Shown one piece after another: positions 9,042 through 18,730 of a stretch of DNA of 64,000 nt. The stretch's first letter is position 1. The number at the start of each line of letters is the position of its first letter. The position numbers and the translations under genes were made by a program. The notes below the pieces were generated by a model. It saw only the letters and a list, made by a program, of their open reading frames with translations. It made no database searches and was not told the DNA's origin. Source of the stretch: an uncultured Gammaproteobacteria bacterium (GTDB lineage Bacteria; Patescibacteriota; Microgenomatia; Levybacterales; UBA12049); assembly GCA_964610465.1 (NCBI GenBank), contig CAZSWA010000007.1, forward strand, positions 4,062 through 68,061, read 5' to 3'.

Positions 9042-10822
9042 ATATCTTCTTTTCTAATTATATATCTTTCCAGAGCCAAAATATCAATACCTGATTTTCT
9101 AAAAGTAGCAAATGCATTTTCAGGAGAATTGACTATTGGTTCGCCTTTTAGATTAAATGATGTATTCATAAGTACATAGACTCCAGTCTTTTCACCAAAA
9201 TTTTTAATGAGATTATAATATCGTGCATTTTGTGCTTTTGAGATTATTTGTACTCTACCGGTACCGTCTACATGGGTAACTGCCGGGATTACATTTCTTT
9301 TAGATTTTTTAACAGTGAATACTGCCAGCATATATTTGGTAAGATACGAATGGTCTTTGTTTCCCATTTCAAAATAGTCAGCAACTTTTTCCTCAAGTGT
9401 AACAGGGGCAAATGGTCTGTATGGTTCCCTAAATTTTATTTTTGTATTGACAATATCTTTCATTTCTTCTTTTCGCGGGCTCACTAGTATAGAACGGTTT
9501 CCCAAAGCTCGTGGTCCCCATTCTGCTCTCCCATGATAAAATCCGATAACTTTATCATTGGTTAATTCATTTGACAAAAACTCAATAAGTTTGTCTTCTT
9601 TTTCAATCTTGGAATATTTTATCTTGTTTTTTTTCAGAAATGCTTCTATTTCTGTATCTGTAAAATCTTTGCCAAAATAACAATCATTTTGTACGTACGT
9701 GCGTTTTTTATTCAAGATTCCATGATATACATACAATGCAGCGCCCAATGCCCCTCCATCATCTCCTGCTGCCGGCTGGACAAATATCCGTTTAAATTTA
9801 CTTTTCTGAAGAAGAATACCGTTAGCCACACTATTGAGTCCAACTCCTCCTCCAACGCAGAGATTTTTAAGTTTTGTTTGTTCATACAAATGGTTAGCTG
9901 AATTTAATAAAAGTTCTTCGGTAAAAGCCTGAATTGATGCAGCGATATCTGCGTATTTTTGATTGAGCGTACAGAGTTCTTGATAGTTTTTTGGTTTTTC
10001 ACCAAAATAACTCGGGAAACCTGAACTTCTGGTAAAGAAATGTAAATCCTGAGGCCTGGGTTTGCCAAAAAGTTCTACAAATTTTTGGCCAAACGCTTTA
10101 TCAGGAGATTTATGAAAAGTAAAATATTCCATATTGAGGCTATAAGAACCGTCATTATATATATTCACAAGCTTTCTTACCTTATCAACATAAATAGGTT
10201 TGCCATAAGGAGCCATTCCCATCACTTTATATTCTCCATCATTTACCTCAAAACCTAAAAAAGCCGTAAAGACAGAATAAAGTAAACCCAAACTATGCGG
10301 GAAGCGGATTTCTTTATCGATTATAATTTTATTTCCTTCCCCTGTCCCAAAAGTGGTAGTTGTCCACTCTCCTACTCCATCAAATGTCATAATTGCAGCT
10401 TTATCAAAACCTGATGGATAAAAACTTGCAGCAGCATGAGAGATATGATGCGGGATAAATAGCACTTTTTTACTATCAATACCAAGCTCGCTTGCCAAGG
10501 TTGATCGAACCCACAATTTATCAGTTAACCAATTCACCATGGCTTTTGCAAATAATTGTGATGAGAACGGATAGGTTGAAAGAGTTGATTGTAGTATACG
10601 CTCAAATTTCCAGAAAGGTTTTTCGTAAAAAACTGCAAAATCCAGGTCTTTCGTTTTGATACCTGCTTTGTCCAGACAAAATTCTATTGCAAGTTTTGGA
10701 TAGCTGCTATCATGCTTTACTCTTGAAAACCGTTCTTCAGCAGATGCTGCGATAATTTTGCCATCTTTTATAAGACAAGCTGCTGACTCGTGATAAAAAC
10801 AGGAAAGCCCTAGGATATACAT
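9038..10822 (-). CDS. carbamoyltransferase, NodU/CmcH (O-carbamoyltransferase) family
   Basis: N-terminal YILGLS.FYHESAA..L.KDG....A..EERF.R.KHD motif and a C-terminal YrdC/Kae1-like carbamoyltransferase body, 594 aa. Confidence 0.85.
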   Translation of the reverse strand: MYILGLSCFYHESAACLIKDGKIIAASAEERFSRVKHDSSYPKLAIEFCLDKAGIKTKDLDFAVFYEKPFWKFERILQSTLSTYPFSSQLFAKAMVNWLTDKLWVRSTLASELGIDSKKVLFIPHHISHAAASFYPSGFDKAAIMTFDGVGEWTTTTFGTGEGNKIIIDKEIRFPHSLGLLYSVFTAFLGFEVNDGEYKVMGMAPYGKPIYVDKVRKLVNIYNDGSYSLNMEYFTFHKSPDKAFGQKFVELFGKPRPQDLHFFTRSSGFPSYFGEKPKNYQELCTLNQKYADIAASIQAFTEELLLNSANHLYEQTKLKNLCVGGGVGLNSVANGILLQKSKFKRIFVQPAAGDDGGALGAALYVYHGILNKKRTYVQNDCYFGKDFTDTEIEAFLKKNKIKYSKIEKEDKLIEFLSNELTNDKVIGFYHGRAEWGPRALGNRSILVSPRKEEMKDIVNTKIKFREPYRPFAPVTLEEKVADYFEMGNKDHSYLTKYMLAVFTVKKSKRNVIPAVTHVDGTGRVQIISKAQNARYYNLIKNFGEKTGVYVLMNTSFNLKGEPIVNSPENAFATFRKSGIDILALERYIIRKEDI

Positions 10823-10824
10823 AT

Positions 10825-11058
10825 TTAATACGGTTTCTGCGCTTCTTTAACATCTGGAACATTATGATTCCAGGCAATAAAATTGGATTTACGATTTTTT
10901 GGTTTAATATTTAATCTGTCTGAAAATAATGCAATAAATATTCCAACCATCCACAAAACGAAAAAATAAAATAAAGTAAATAGAATAAGCGCTTGAAAAT
11001 GTCCTATTTTCTTTCCTATTTTTAGCCAGACTTTCCAGATATATTTTAGATACGACAT
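10825..11058 (-). CDS. SxtJ-like small membrane protein (matches the C-terminal half of SxtJ)
   Basis: 77 aa with one TM; the pattern W..L.IGKKIG.F.A.ILF.L.YF.VL...GI...L..D.L matches the C-terminal half of SxtJ-family proteins. It lies between the SGNH hydrolase and the carbamoyltransferase with 1-2 nt gaps. Confidence 0.45.
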   Translation of the reverse strand: MSYLKYIWKVWLKIGKKIGHFQALILFTLFYFFVLWMVGIFIALFSDRLNIKPKNRKSNFIAWNHNVPDVKEAQKPY

Positions 11059-11059
11059 A

Positions 11060-12169
11060 TTAGTGTTTTATAATTGTTCCATCTTTGGTTTTTTCAAGAA
11101 GTGGAACGATTGCATCATATAATTTTTCAGCTGCAAGTTTATGAACTGACTCATTGGGATGGGAATCAAATCTGTTTACCTCAAGATCTGAAGGATTCTT
11201 TCCTTTTAGATAAGGATACATATCCACAATTGTCGTAACTCCATCCCGGGTAAATACAGTATGCATTTTCTGATCAATTCCTGAATTCCCATAAGGGACA
11301 AGAAACTGGATAAACGGGAACATAATTACTACTATCTTTTTGTTTTGGCTTTCAAGTTGACTGGTAAAGTTACTTATTAGCTTTTTGTGATATGCAAATA
11401 CAGAGGGGATTTCATATTGTTCGAGATCTGCATTACGAAGTTGAGTAAAAGTAGTAGCGTATTTTGCAGAAAGACGCCAGTATATATAATCGAAAAAGAA
11501 AGAATGTGTACTTAAAAATTTAACGATTGCGGGAATTTGTGCGTTGGCATTCGTAAGGATTCGGCTACCGGCGTTATTTGCAGGTGGTTCTGCATCATTT
11601 GGAAAATATGACCAAAGCAGTATATCAATATTGAATTTATAATCTTTGTTATTATATTCCTCAGTTTCCTGATATGTATCATATCCGGGAGTACTAAAAT
11701 TATATATCTCCACATGATATCCGTGGTCTCTAAGCTTTTTCTCGAGTAGATTTGAAAACCTGTTATCAACGTTTTTGATACCATATCCCCAGGCAACAGA
11801 ATCTCCCATGACTCCAATTCTTACAGTTCCTGAAGATTTTTTAATAGAGAAGTTTTTGTCGCGGTATTGATAATTATTATAAAGTACATGTCTTTGATAC
11901 CAGTGTTCTGTTACATTTAGAAATCCCAAACTATCTGACTGGTCAAATCGATATCTGAAATATGCTTCAAAAAATGAATAGATATACACTATAGATAATA
12001 AAGTGAAAAGGAGAGAAAGAAGCAGCATTTTATTACGGTTCTTAAGGTTTGATCTAAAAATTGCAGGAAAGGCAAAAATAAAAAGAATAGTACTTACGGC
12101 AAGAATAATTAAAAATTCATGAAAGTCCTTAATAAAATAGCTTAAATGGCCGTAAAGAGCTATAAACAT
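11060..12169 (-). CDS. SGNH/GDSL-family hydrolase with N-terminal TM segments
   Basis: Block I (IGVMGDSVAWGYG) and a C-terminal D..H block (RFDSHPNESVH); two N-terminal hydrophobic helices. Confidence 0.7.
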   Translation of the reverse strand: MFIALYGHLSYFIKDFHEFLIILAVSTILFIFAFPAIFRSNLKNRNKMLLLSLLFTLLSIVYIYSFFEAYFRYRFDQSDSLGFLNVTEHWYQRHVLYNNYQYRDKNFSIKKSSGTVRIGVMGDSVAWGYGIKNVDNRFSNLLEKKLRDHGYHVEIYNFSTPGYDTYQETEEYNNKDYKFNIDILLWSYFPNDAEPPANNAGSRILTNANAQIPAIVKFLSTHSFFFDYIYWRLSAKYATTFTQLRNADLEQYEIPSVFAYHKKLISNFTSQLESQNKKIVVIMFPFIQFLVPYGNSGIDQKMHTVFTRDGVTTIVDMYPYLKGKNPSDLEVNRFDSHPNESVHKLAAEKLYDAIVPLLEKTKDGTIIKH

Positions 12170-12287
12170 TAGAGTATAATATGATATTTATCACAATATA
12201 TCAATAATTTAAACTATATTACTCTATAAGGTATCGTAATCAGTTGCAAATAAAATGACTTATTATGATTGAAAATTATGAAATAGT

Positions 12288-12674
12288 TTATTTCTTGCTC
12301 TGTTCTACTAAATTAAGATATTTCTGAACAATTTTTAAAATTTCCTGAGGCATATATTGACTCTTTATCACATATGCAACTGCGCCAAGAGATAAACAGC
12401 GTTGTTCTTCTATTTTATCGCTTATGTTGGATAACATAATGATAGGGATATCTTTTAGTTCATTGATTTTCTTTATCTTTTCAAGTGTTTGTATACCATT
12501 CATTTTAGGCATCATAATATCAAGGAGAATTATGTCAGGCCGCAGGGTTTTGGCTTTTTCTATCCCATCTTCACCATTGGTCGCAATAACTACTTCAAAA
12601 TTATTTCTAACGAGGACAAATTTATACATTTCATAAAGTAACTGTTCATCCTCGATAATCAGCACTTTTTGCAT
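12288..12674 (-). CDS. response regulator, stand-alone receiver (CheY-like) domain
   Basis: MQKVLIIEDE......D..L.DIMMP.MNG.....IK; 128 aa with no output domain. Confidence 0.85.
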   Translation of the reverse strand: MQKVLIIEDEQLLYEMYKFVLVRNNFEVVIATNGEDGIEKAKTLRPDIILLDIMMPKMNGIQTLEKIKKINELKDIPIIMLSNISDKIEEQRCLSLGAVAYVIKSQYMPQEILKIVQKYLNLVEQSKK

Positions 12675-12729
12675 AAAGGGTATTTCCTAAGGTTTATTGT
12701 AGCACTAAATAGATAACTTTCATATATGA

Positions 12730-15093
12730 TTACTGTGCGTATTGAGAAGAGATTAGAGGGTGTTCATTAGTTATAGTTAACAATAAAGGAACTGTTATTG
12801 AAAAAACACTCCCTTTATTTGTTTCACTTTTTACCAAATCTACCGAACCTCCCATTCTGTCCATGATTAGTCGTGAAATATAAAGTCCAAGTCCTGTACC
12901 GTTCCCCTCCCGTGTATAAATGTTTTCACTTGCCTGCTGAAATTTTCTAAATAATAACTTTTTACTTTCTTCTGAAATACCCTTTCCTGTATCTTGTATA
13001 AATATCTTTACAAAATTATCATTAATTTTTTTTATACTCACTGATATACTTCCCATATCCGTATATTTTATACCATTGCCGATTAGATTTATAAGTACTT
13101 GTTTTAGCCTGTCTTTATCGACAAAAGCAACTTGAGAAGGTATAAATGGAGTAAAATGAATTTTTAGATTTTTTTCATTTGACAGCGGAGTACATTCGTT
13201 AATTGCGTCAATTACGAGTGCATTTATATCAATTCGTTCTTTTATCATATCAACTTTCCCTTGTTCAAGTTTTGATGTATCCAAAAATTCATTTACTATT
13301 TCAATAAGTCTTTGACTGGAATGTCCTATGCCTTCAAGCATTTTTATTAATTCTTCACTCTTAATTTCATTGGTATAATACTCCTGAATTATTGATATAT
13401 ACCCTTTTATTGCCGTAAGAGGAGTTCTTAGCTCGTGGGATGCAATTGCAAAAAATTCTTCTCTTGATCTTTCCATTATCTTGGCTTCTGTTTCATCTTC
13501 AAGCAATATAACTGCTCCAATGATATCAATTTTATTCTTGGTTAAAAGAGGAATAGGTGAAATATAAATACTTACATATTTATCTTTGAGTTTCATATCT
13601 TTTTTAGTATATTTTTCATTCTTTTGGATACATTCGTCTATCGCTTTCAAAATATCAAAATCTTTTATATTTTTCTGCAGTTCAGAGAGTGTATTTTCAG
13701 GCATTAATCTCTCATTGCCCCAAATTGCCTGAACAGAAGAATTAATGATAAGCACATTCTTTACTCTGTCCGTCATAATAAAGCCAAAGCTTAAATTATC
13801 AATTGATGAGAGTAATCTTGCTCGTTCTTCATTAAGCGCCTCAGTACGTATTTGAACTTTTGTTTCAATAGTTTTTTTATCTTTTTCAAGCTCATCTTCA
13901 AGTTTCTCCAGAGAGTTATTTTTATCCTGTACTTCATGTATTTTTTCTTCTAACTTTGAGTAGTATTCTCTTAATTTGGTTACATCCGTAAAAATCAGGA
14001 TATATCCTATGATAGTGTTATCTTCATCAGTAATTTTTGTTGCTGATAAGGTCGTGAGTAATTTTTCCCCTTTTGAGTTAATCACAGAAACACTATCTAT
14101 CTCCGTATAGTCAGTAGTATGCAGTGGTATAATTGCTTTTTCCTGTACATTAACAAAATCCTTTATATTAAAAAAAATGTTAATGATATTTTTGTTGAGT
14201 ATTTCTTTTCTACTGTATCCAAGAAGTTTAAGGCCGCCATTATTGATAAATTCAATTGAGTTATATTTGTTGATACAAATTACTGCTTCGTTTACCGCAT
14301 CAAATACAGTGCTCATCACAGATGCAGAGCTAAACACAGTACCTCCATATTTTGTAATTGCATAAGTGATAATCAAAGAACTTATAACAAAAAGAATGTT
14401 GCCTGCCGGTGGAGTCGTGATTCCAAACAGGTATGGGAAAACAGCATAACAGATAACGCACCCGAGTATTGATATCCAAATTGCGAAATTGATAATAATG
14501 ATGCTCTGTTTCCTGTTAAAATTTGAAGTAGTTGAATACAAACGTGCCATGATGATAAAAGAGATAAAATAGTATAGAAGATAATATACAAATAAACTAA
14601 AATATCCAATCGGTGTAGCTTGTGCAAAATAGCCCCATATTGAATAAAGTGAATTATTAATATCTAAATTTACAATAACGTTCGTATTCCAGCAAAGGAA
14701 AAGAAATATAAGAGGTGGAATATAGGAAGCTACCCAATAGAGTACCTTATGAAGAAGCCAATCTTCATCAGTGAGCACAATAATAAATGCGAGATAAATA
14801 GGCGGGCATATCACTATTCCAAAAAGGTTCCATAAATTCCAGAATTTAAATCCAATTTGAAGATATGAATTAAAGATAAAAAATTGAGTGATTTGATCAA
14901 AAGAACAAATGAGGAGAATAAAAATAAGCCAAAATATAATAGGGGCAGAATACCGTTTACTCATTACATAAAGAATAAGCCCAAAAGATATAAGAGAGGT
15001 AAAAAGAATAACCAGTGAGTAAGGATGAAAATGGAGAGAGAAAATAGAATTAAGCATTAGATTCAGTATAGAATTGTATTGTATAAATGACAA
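12730..15093 (-). CDS. sensor histidine kinase: multi-TM N-terminal sensor, PAS domains, HisKA and HATPase_c
   Basis: About 8 N-terminal TM helices, PAS-like segments and a coiled coil, an H-box (FFAIASHELRTPLTAIKGY), and N, G1 and G2 boxes (NLIGNGIKYT, DTGKGI, GNGTGLGL). Confidence 0.85.
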   Translation of the reverse strand: MSFIQYNSILNLMLNSIFSLHFHPYSLVILFTSLISFGLILYVMSKRYSAPIIFWLIFILLICSFDQITQFFIFNSYLQIGFKFWNLWNLFGIVICPPIYLAFIIVLTDEDWLLHKVLYWVASYIPPLIFLFLCWNTNVIVNLDINNSLYSIWGYFAQATPIGYFSLFVYYLLYYFISFIIMARLYSTTSNFNRKQSIIIINFAIWISILGCVICYAVFPYLFGITTPPAGNILFVISSLIITYAITKYGGTVFSSASVMSTVFDAVNEAVICINKYNSIEFINNGGLKLLGYSRKEILNKNIINIFFNIKDFVNVQEKAIIPLHTTDYTEIDSVSVINSKGEKLLTTLSATKITDEDNTIIGYILIFTDVTKLREYYSKLEEKIHEVQDKNNSLEKLEDELEKDKKTIETKVQIRTEALNEERARLLSSIDNLSFGFIMTDRVKNVLIINSSVQAIWGNERLMPENTLSELQKNIKDFDILKAIDECIQKNEKYTKKDMKLKDKYVSIYISPIPLLTKNKIDIIGAVILLEDETEAKIMERSREEFFAIASHELRTPLTAIKGYISIIQEYYTNEIKSEELIKMLEGIGHSSQRLIEIVNEFLDTSKLEQGKVDMIKERIDINALVIDAINECTPLSNEKNLKIHFTPFIPSQVAFVDKDRLKQVLINLIGNGIKYTDMGSISVSIKKINDNFVKIFIQDTGKGISEESKKLLFRKFQQASENIYTREGNGTGLGLYISRLIMDRMGGSVDLVKSETNKGSVFSITVPLLLTITNEHPLISSQYAQ

Positions 15094-15162
15094 GACAGTT
15101 TTTAAAGCCTCTCAATCTGGTTAAATTCTCTTGTATTTGCTATAATTTTCTCAAACTGCCTT

Positions 15163-16368
15163 ATGAGAGAAAAGTTCAAGAAATTATTTCATAAGTATCA
15201 TGAATTCATACTGCCCATTGCGTTTGCATTGGTATTGATTCCGGCCCTCGTATATTACTTCAAACAATCTCTTGATCTAAAAAATAACATTCTCATAAAA
15301 GATGCGTCGTATTCCGCTTTAACCAGAGATTATACAAGGACACAAAAAGATTTTATCGCACTTAAAAATCAGGATCAATTTAAAATTAATCAGGATTTAC
15401 AGGCAAAAATTAAAAACATTCATGATGTGTATATTCAAGCAGCAACAAACTATGAAAAAATTACTGATTTAAGAGCACAAAAGGCAAAAACAGATACACT
15501 TGATACCTTGTATGCATCGGCACTTAAAGATTTATCAGATTTACAGTACACATCAGCAGAAGCTAAGCTTATTGATTTACAAAGTCAAATTCAAAAAATC
15601 AACGATGCATTAGCTGCCGCAAATACACCTCAGTCTTCTGCTCCATCAAGTGCTGCTGAATCAAATTCTTTACCTGGCAATGGGTATAGCCGTCAACAAG
15701 TACAAACAGACACGGGTACATTTGTGATTGATATTATTGCAGCTGATTTAAATTCCACAAAAGTGATTGTAGATACTGCATCTGATGGGGACTGTGGAAA
15801 TAACTGTCCAACTCTACCTCTTGCAACCTATGCCCAAAGAAGCGGAGCGTATGCTGCTATCAATGGTTCCTATTTCTGTCCATCAGATTATCCAAGTTGT
15901 GCAGGTAAAGTCAATTCTTTTGATACACTACTTATGAACAAAAATAAAGTATATTTTAATTCCGCAAACAATGTCTATTCTGTTGTCCCTGCTGCCATTT
16001 TTAATGGTAATACTTCCCGTTTCGTACAAAAATCTCAGGAATGGGGACGAGATACAGGAGTAGATGCAGTAATTGCTATGCAGCCGCTTTTAGTATTTGG
16101 CAACCAAATTGCATATGGGGGAAGTGATGTTGCCAAGTATTCTCAAAAGGGTACAAGGAATTTTATTGCCGGCAAAGGAAATTCCGCGTACATAGGTACT
16201 ATATATAATGCGACTATGAATGACTCAGCACATGTCTTGCATACATTAGGTGTTGAAAATGCAATCAATCTTGATGAAGGAGGATCAACTGCGCTTTGGT
16301 ACAATGGAAGTTATCTCGCAGGTCCAGGTCGTACTATCCCTAACGCAGTACTTTTTGTAAGGAAATAA
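15163..16368 (+). CDS. phosphodiester glycosidase (NAGPA-like, DUF2233) family protein, membrane-anchored
   Basis: N-terminal TM and coiled coil; the C-terminal domain carries AINGSYF and NLDEGGSTALW motifs typical of the phosphodiester glycosidase family. Confidence 0.65.
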   Translation: MREKFKKLFHKYHEFILPIAFALVLIPALVYYFKQSLDLKNNILIKDASYSALTRDYTRTQKDFIALKNQDQFKINQDLQAKIKNIHDVYIQAATNYEKITDLRAQKAKTDTLDTLYASALKDLSDLQYTSAEAKLIDLQSQIQKINDALAAANTPQSSAPSSAAESNSLPGNGYSRQQVQTDTGTFVIDIIAADLNSTKVIVDTASDGDCGNNCPTLPLATYAQRSGAYAAINGSYFCPSDYPSCAGKVNSFDTLLMNKNKVYFNSANNVYSVVPAAIFNGNTSRFVQKSQEWGRDTGVDAVIAMQPLLVFGNQIAYGGSDVAKYSQKGTRNFIAGKGNSAYIGTIYNATMNDSAHVLHTLGVENAINLDEGGSTALWYNGSYLAGPGRTIPNAVLFVRK

Positions 16369-16455
16369 TTTACATATATTCATAATTCTCACAAAGCGAT
16401 AAAGCAATCGATACATATCTTACCTATTTTGCAGCTTCAAAATTTCAAGTATCAA

Positions 16456-17859
16456 TTAAGGAAGTAAGTTGGGGCTAAATGTATGAAAAACAGGAAGTTT
16501 TTCTATAGGAACCGGCAAAACAAATTTCCAATTTTTGTCATCTGACTCGGCTTCTGTACCTGGTATGTTTATTCTGTCTTTTGTAAGTAGCCAATCCTGA
16601 ATAGGAATTATTACAATTTGTGATTTCGAATTGAGTATTCTGTTTCGTATTTCTGTTGCAAATTCTGTATCTTTATTACGATACTGTATATGTGCATTTT
16701 TTGCCAAAAGTTTTTTCTGAAAAACTGATAATAATTCCAGATACCCTATCAGAGATTCAGTATCATGTGTTGTTGTATAGGCAACACTATTTTCTGGATA
16801 TTGAGCAATGTCTGCATAAAACGAAAATGCCTTATGAAGTTTTTCATCATATCCATAACGGAATATCCGGATTCCTTTCAGTCCCAGTTTTTTTTCAGCT
16901 TGTAAGATAGCAGCCATATCTTCACTGCTATCTTCTAAAAAAATAGGTAGACTGATACTTTGACTGTATTCATAGAGAGTTTTTAAAAAATAGAAACCAG
17001 GGCCTTTTTTGTATACATCATTTGTTTCATTTTCTTTATCAAGTGCACCATATTCAAAAAAACCTTTGGCATGATCTATACGAACAAAATCGTAAAATTT
17101 CGAAAGATAAAATAATCTTAATTTCCAAATAGATATAATTTCTTTTTGTATTTTTGTATCATTCCATTTATACAATGGATGTCCCCATAATTGTCTGCCG
17201 TAATGTGCATGTGAACTACGTGGAACTCCTGAGACATAAATCATATTGCTCATATTATCTAAGCTAAAAACATTTTGATACTGCCAGACAAGCGGACTTT
17301 GAAAAGGGAGATAAAATGACATATCTCCTATAAATGAAATTCCAAGTTGTTTTGCTTTGTCATGAAGTTTTTTATATCGCATATGCAATTTGTACTGAAG
17401 TAATTTCTGTTCTTCGATTTTTGATGATAATTTTTTAGCAAAACTCTCCATTGCCTCAGGTTGTCTTATTCTTATTCTATCTGGCCAACGTGACCAATTA
17501 TCAGTACCAAAAAAATCCCGCAAAGAACAAAACAACGCATATTCATCAAGCCAAAATACATGTTCATTAAAAAAACTTTGTTTTTCCAAAGATATGTTAT
17601 TTTCTTTGTTTTGCAAAAATGCAGGATTGAGTCCTACACCATATCCTTTGTAGGGAGAAGGTACATGGAGTTTTTTTGAATTTAGGAGAAGATGTGTTTC
17701 ATGTAATGGCAGCATCTGCCATGCTGTTTGTTTTGTTTTAGAAAGCCAATATAAAAATAATTCTGCATTATTAAAAATATCAGCCTTGGGATTTGTAAAA
17801 AGCGCAGTAAATGGAAGAAAAGTACCAATTACTTTAGCATTTTTTGTTAATTTACTCAT
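16456..17859 (-). CDS. malQ: 4-alpha-glucanotransferase (amylomaltase, GH77)
   Basis: Motifs LPLHET..., SPY.GYG and VRIDHAKGF correspond to GH77 N-terminal and catalytic-region signatures. Confidence 0.75.
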   Translation of the reverse strand: MSKLTKNAKVIGTFLPFTALFTNPKADIFNNAELFLYWLSKTKQTAWQMLPLHETHLLLNSKKLHVPSPYKGYGVGLNPAFLQNKENNISLEKQSFFNEHVFWLDEYALFCSLRDFFGTDNWSRWPDRIRIRQPEAMESFAKKLSSKIEEQKLLQYKLHMRYKKLHDKAKQLGISFIGDMSFYLPFQSPLVWQYQNVFSLDNMSNMIYVSGVPRSSHAHYGRQLWGHPLYKWNDTKIQKEIISIWKLRLFYLSKFYDFVRIDHAKGFFEYGALDKENETNDVYKKGPGFYFLKTLYEYSQSISLPIFLEDSSEDMAAILQAEKKLGLKGIRIFRYGYDEKLHKAFSFYADIAQYPENSVAYTTTHDTESLIGYLELLSVFQKKLLAKNAHIQYRNKDTEFATEIRNRILNSKSQIVIIPIQDWLLTKDRINIPGTEAESDDKNWKFVLPVPIEKLPVFHTFSPNLLP

Positions 17860-17865
17860 GAGGTA

Positions 17866-18696
17866 TTATAGAACAATACTGTAGTCCTTATTTCTTATAA
17901 AAAGATTTACTCTTTCAAGTTTACCTGGAAGTTTGTTTTTTAAAAAAATAGACCTGATAGCTGATGCATTTTCTATTCCACCGGTTACCAGAAATCTGTG
18001 TGTTGGTCTTCTTGTCTTACTTTCGAGTCCTTTTTGACGTAAAAGTTCATTAAGTGCTAATGCAGTAGGTTTTGCTGAATCAATAAGTACAACATCTTTC
18101 CCGACTATTTCCTGAATAGTACTTTTTAAAAGTGGATAATGAGTACAGCCAAGTAGTAAAGTATCAATTCCTGATGGTGAAAATCCTTTTAAATAATCTT
18201 TCGCAAGTATTTTTGTTGCAGGATGATGTAAAAATCCTTCTTCAACCAAGGGTACAAACAGTGGACATGCTTTTGCAGTGACTTGAATTTTTGGATTTTT
18301 ATTCTTTATTTTCTTCTGATATATATGACTATTTATTGTAGTTTTTGTTCCAATAATTCCCACCCTGTTTGATTTTGTTTGTGTAACTGCATATGCGACA
18401 GTTGGTTCAATTACATCTATTACAGGGAAAGGAGATACTTTTTTTATTTCAGAAAGACATGTTGCAGAAATAGTATTACAGGCGACAACAAGGATTTTGA
18501 CATTTTGGGTAAGAAGATATTGAGTAAGTTCAAGTGCATATTGTGTAATTGTTTCTTCATCCCGTGAGCCATAAGGTACTCTAGCTGTATCACCAAGATA
18601 CACAATACTTTCATTTGGTAAAAAACGAAGTATTTCTTTGGCAACTGTCAGTCCTCCAATTCCTGAATCAAATATGCCGATAGGATTATCTCTCAT
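17866..18696 (-). CDS. murI: glutamate racemase
   Basis: IGIFDSGIGGLTV....LP.E...YLGDTAR.PYG and VVACNT motifs; 276 aa. Confidence 0.85.
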   Translation of the reverse strand: MRDNPIGIFDSGIGGLTVAKEILRFLPNESIVYLGDTARVPYGSRDEETITQYALELTQYLLTQNVKILVVACNTISATCLSEIKKVSPFPVIDVIEPTVAYAVTQTKSNRVGIIGTKTTINSHIYQKKIKNKNPKIQVTAKACPLFVPLVEEGFLHHPATKILAKDYLKGFSPSGIDTLLLGCTHYPLLKSTIQEIVGKDVVLIDSAKPTALALNELLRQKGLESKTRRPTHRFLVTGGIENASAIRSIFLKNKLPGKLERVNLFIRNKDYSIVL

Positions 18697-18730
18697 AGCT
18701 TAGGTAATTATACTATAAATGAAATATAAG

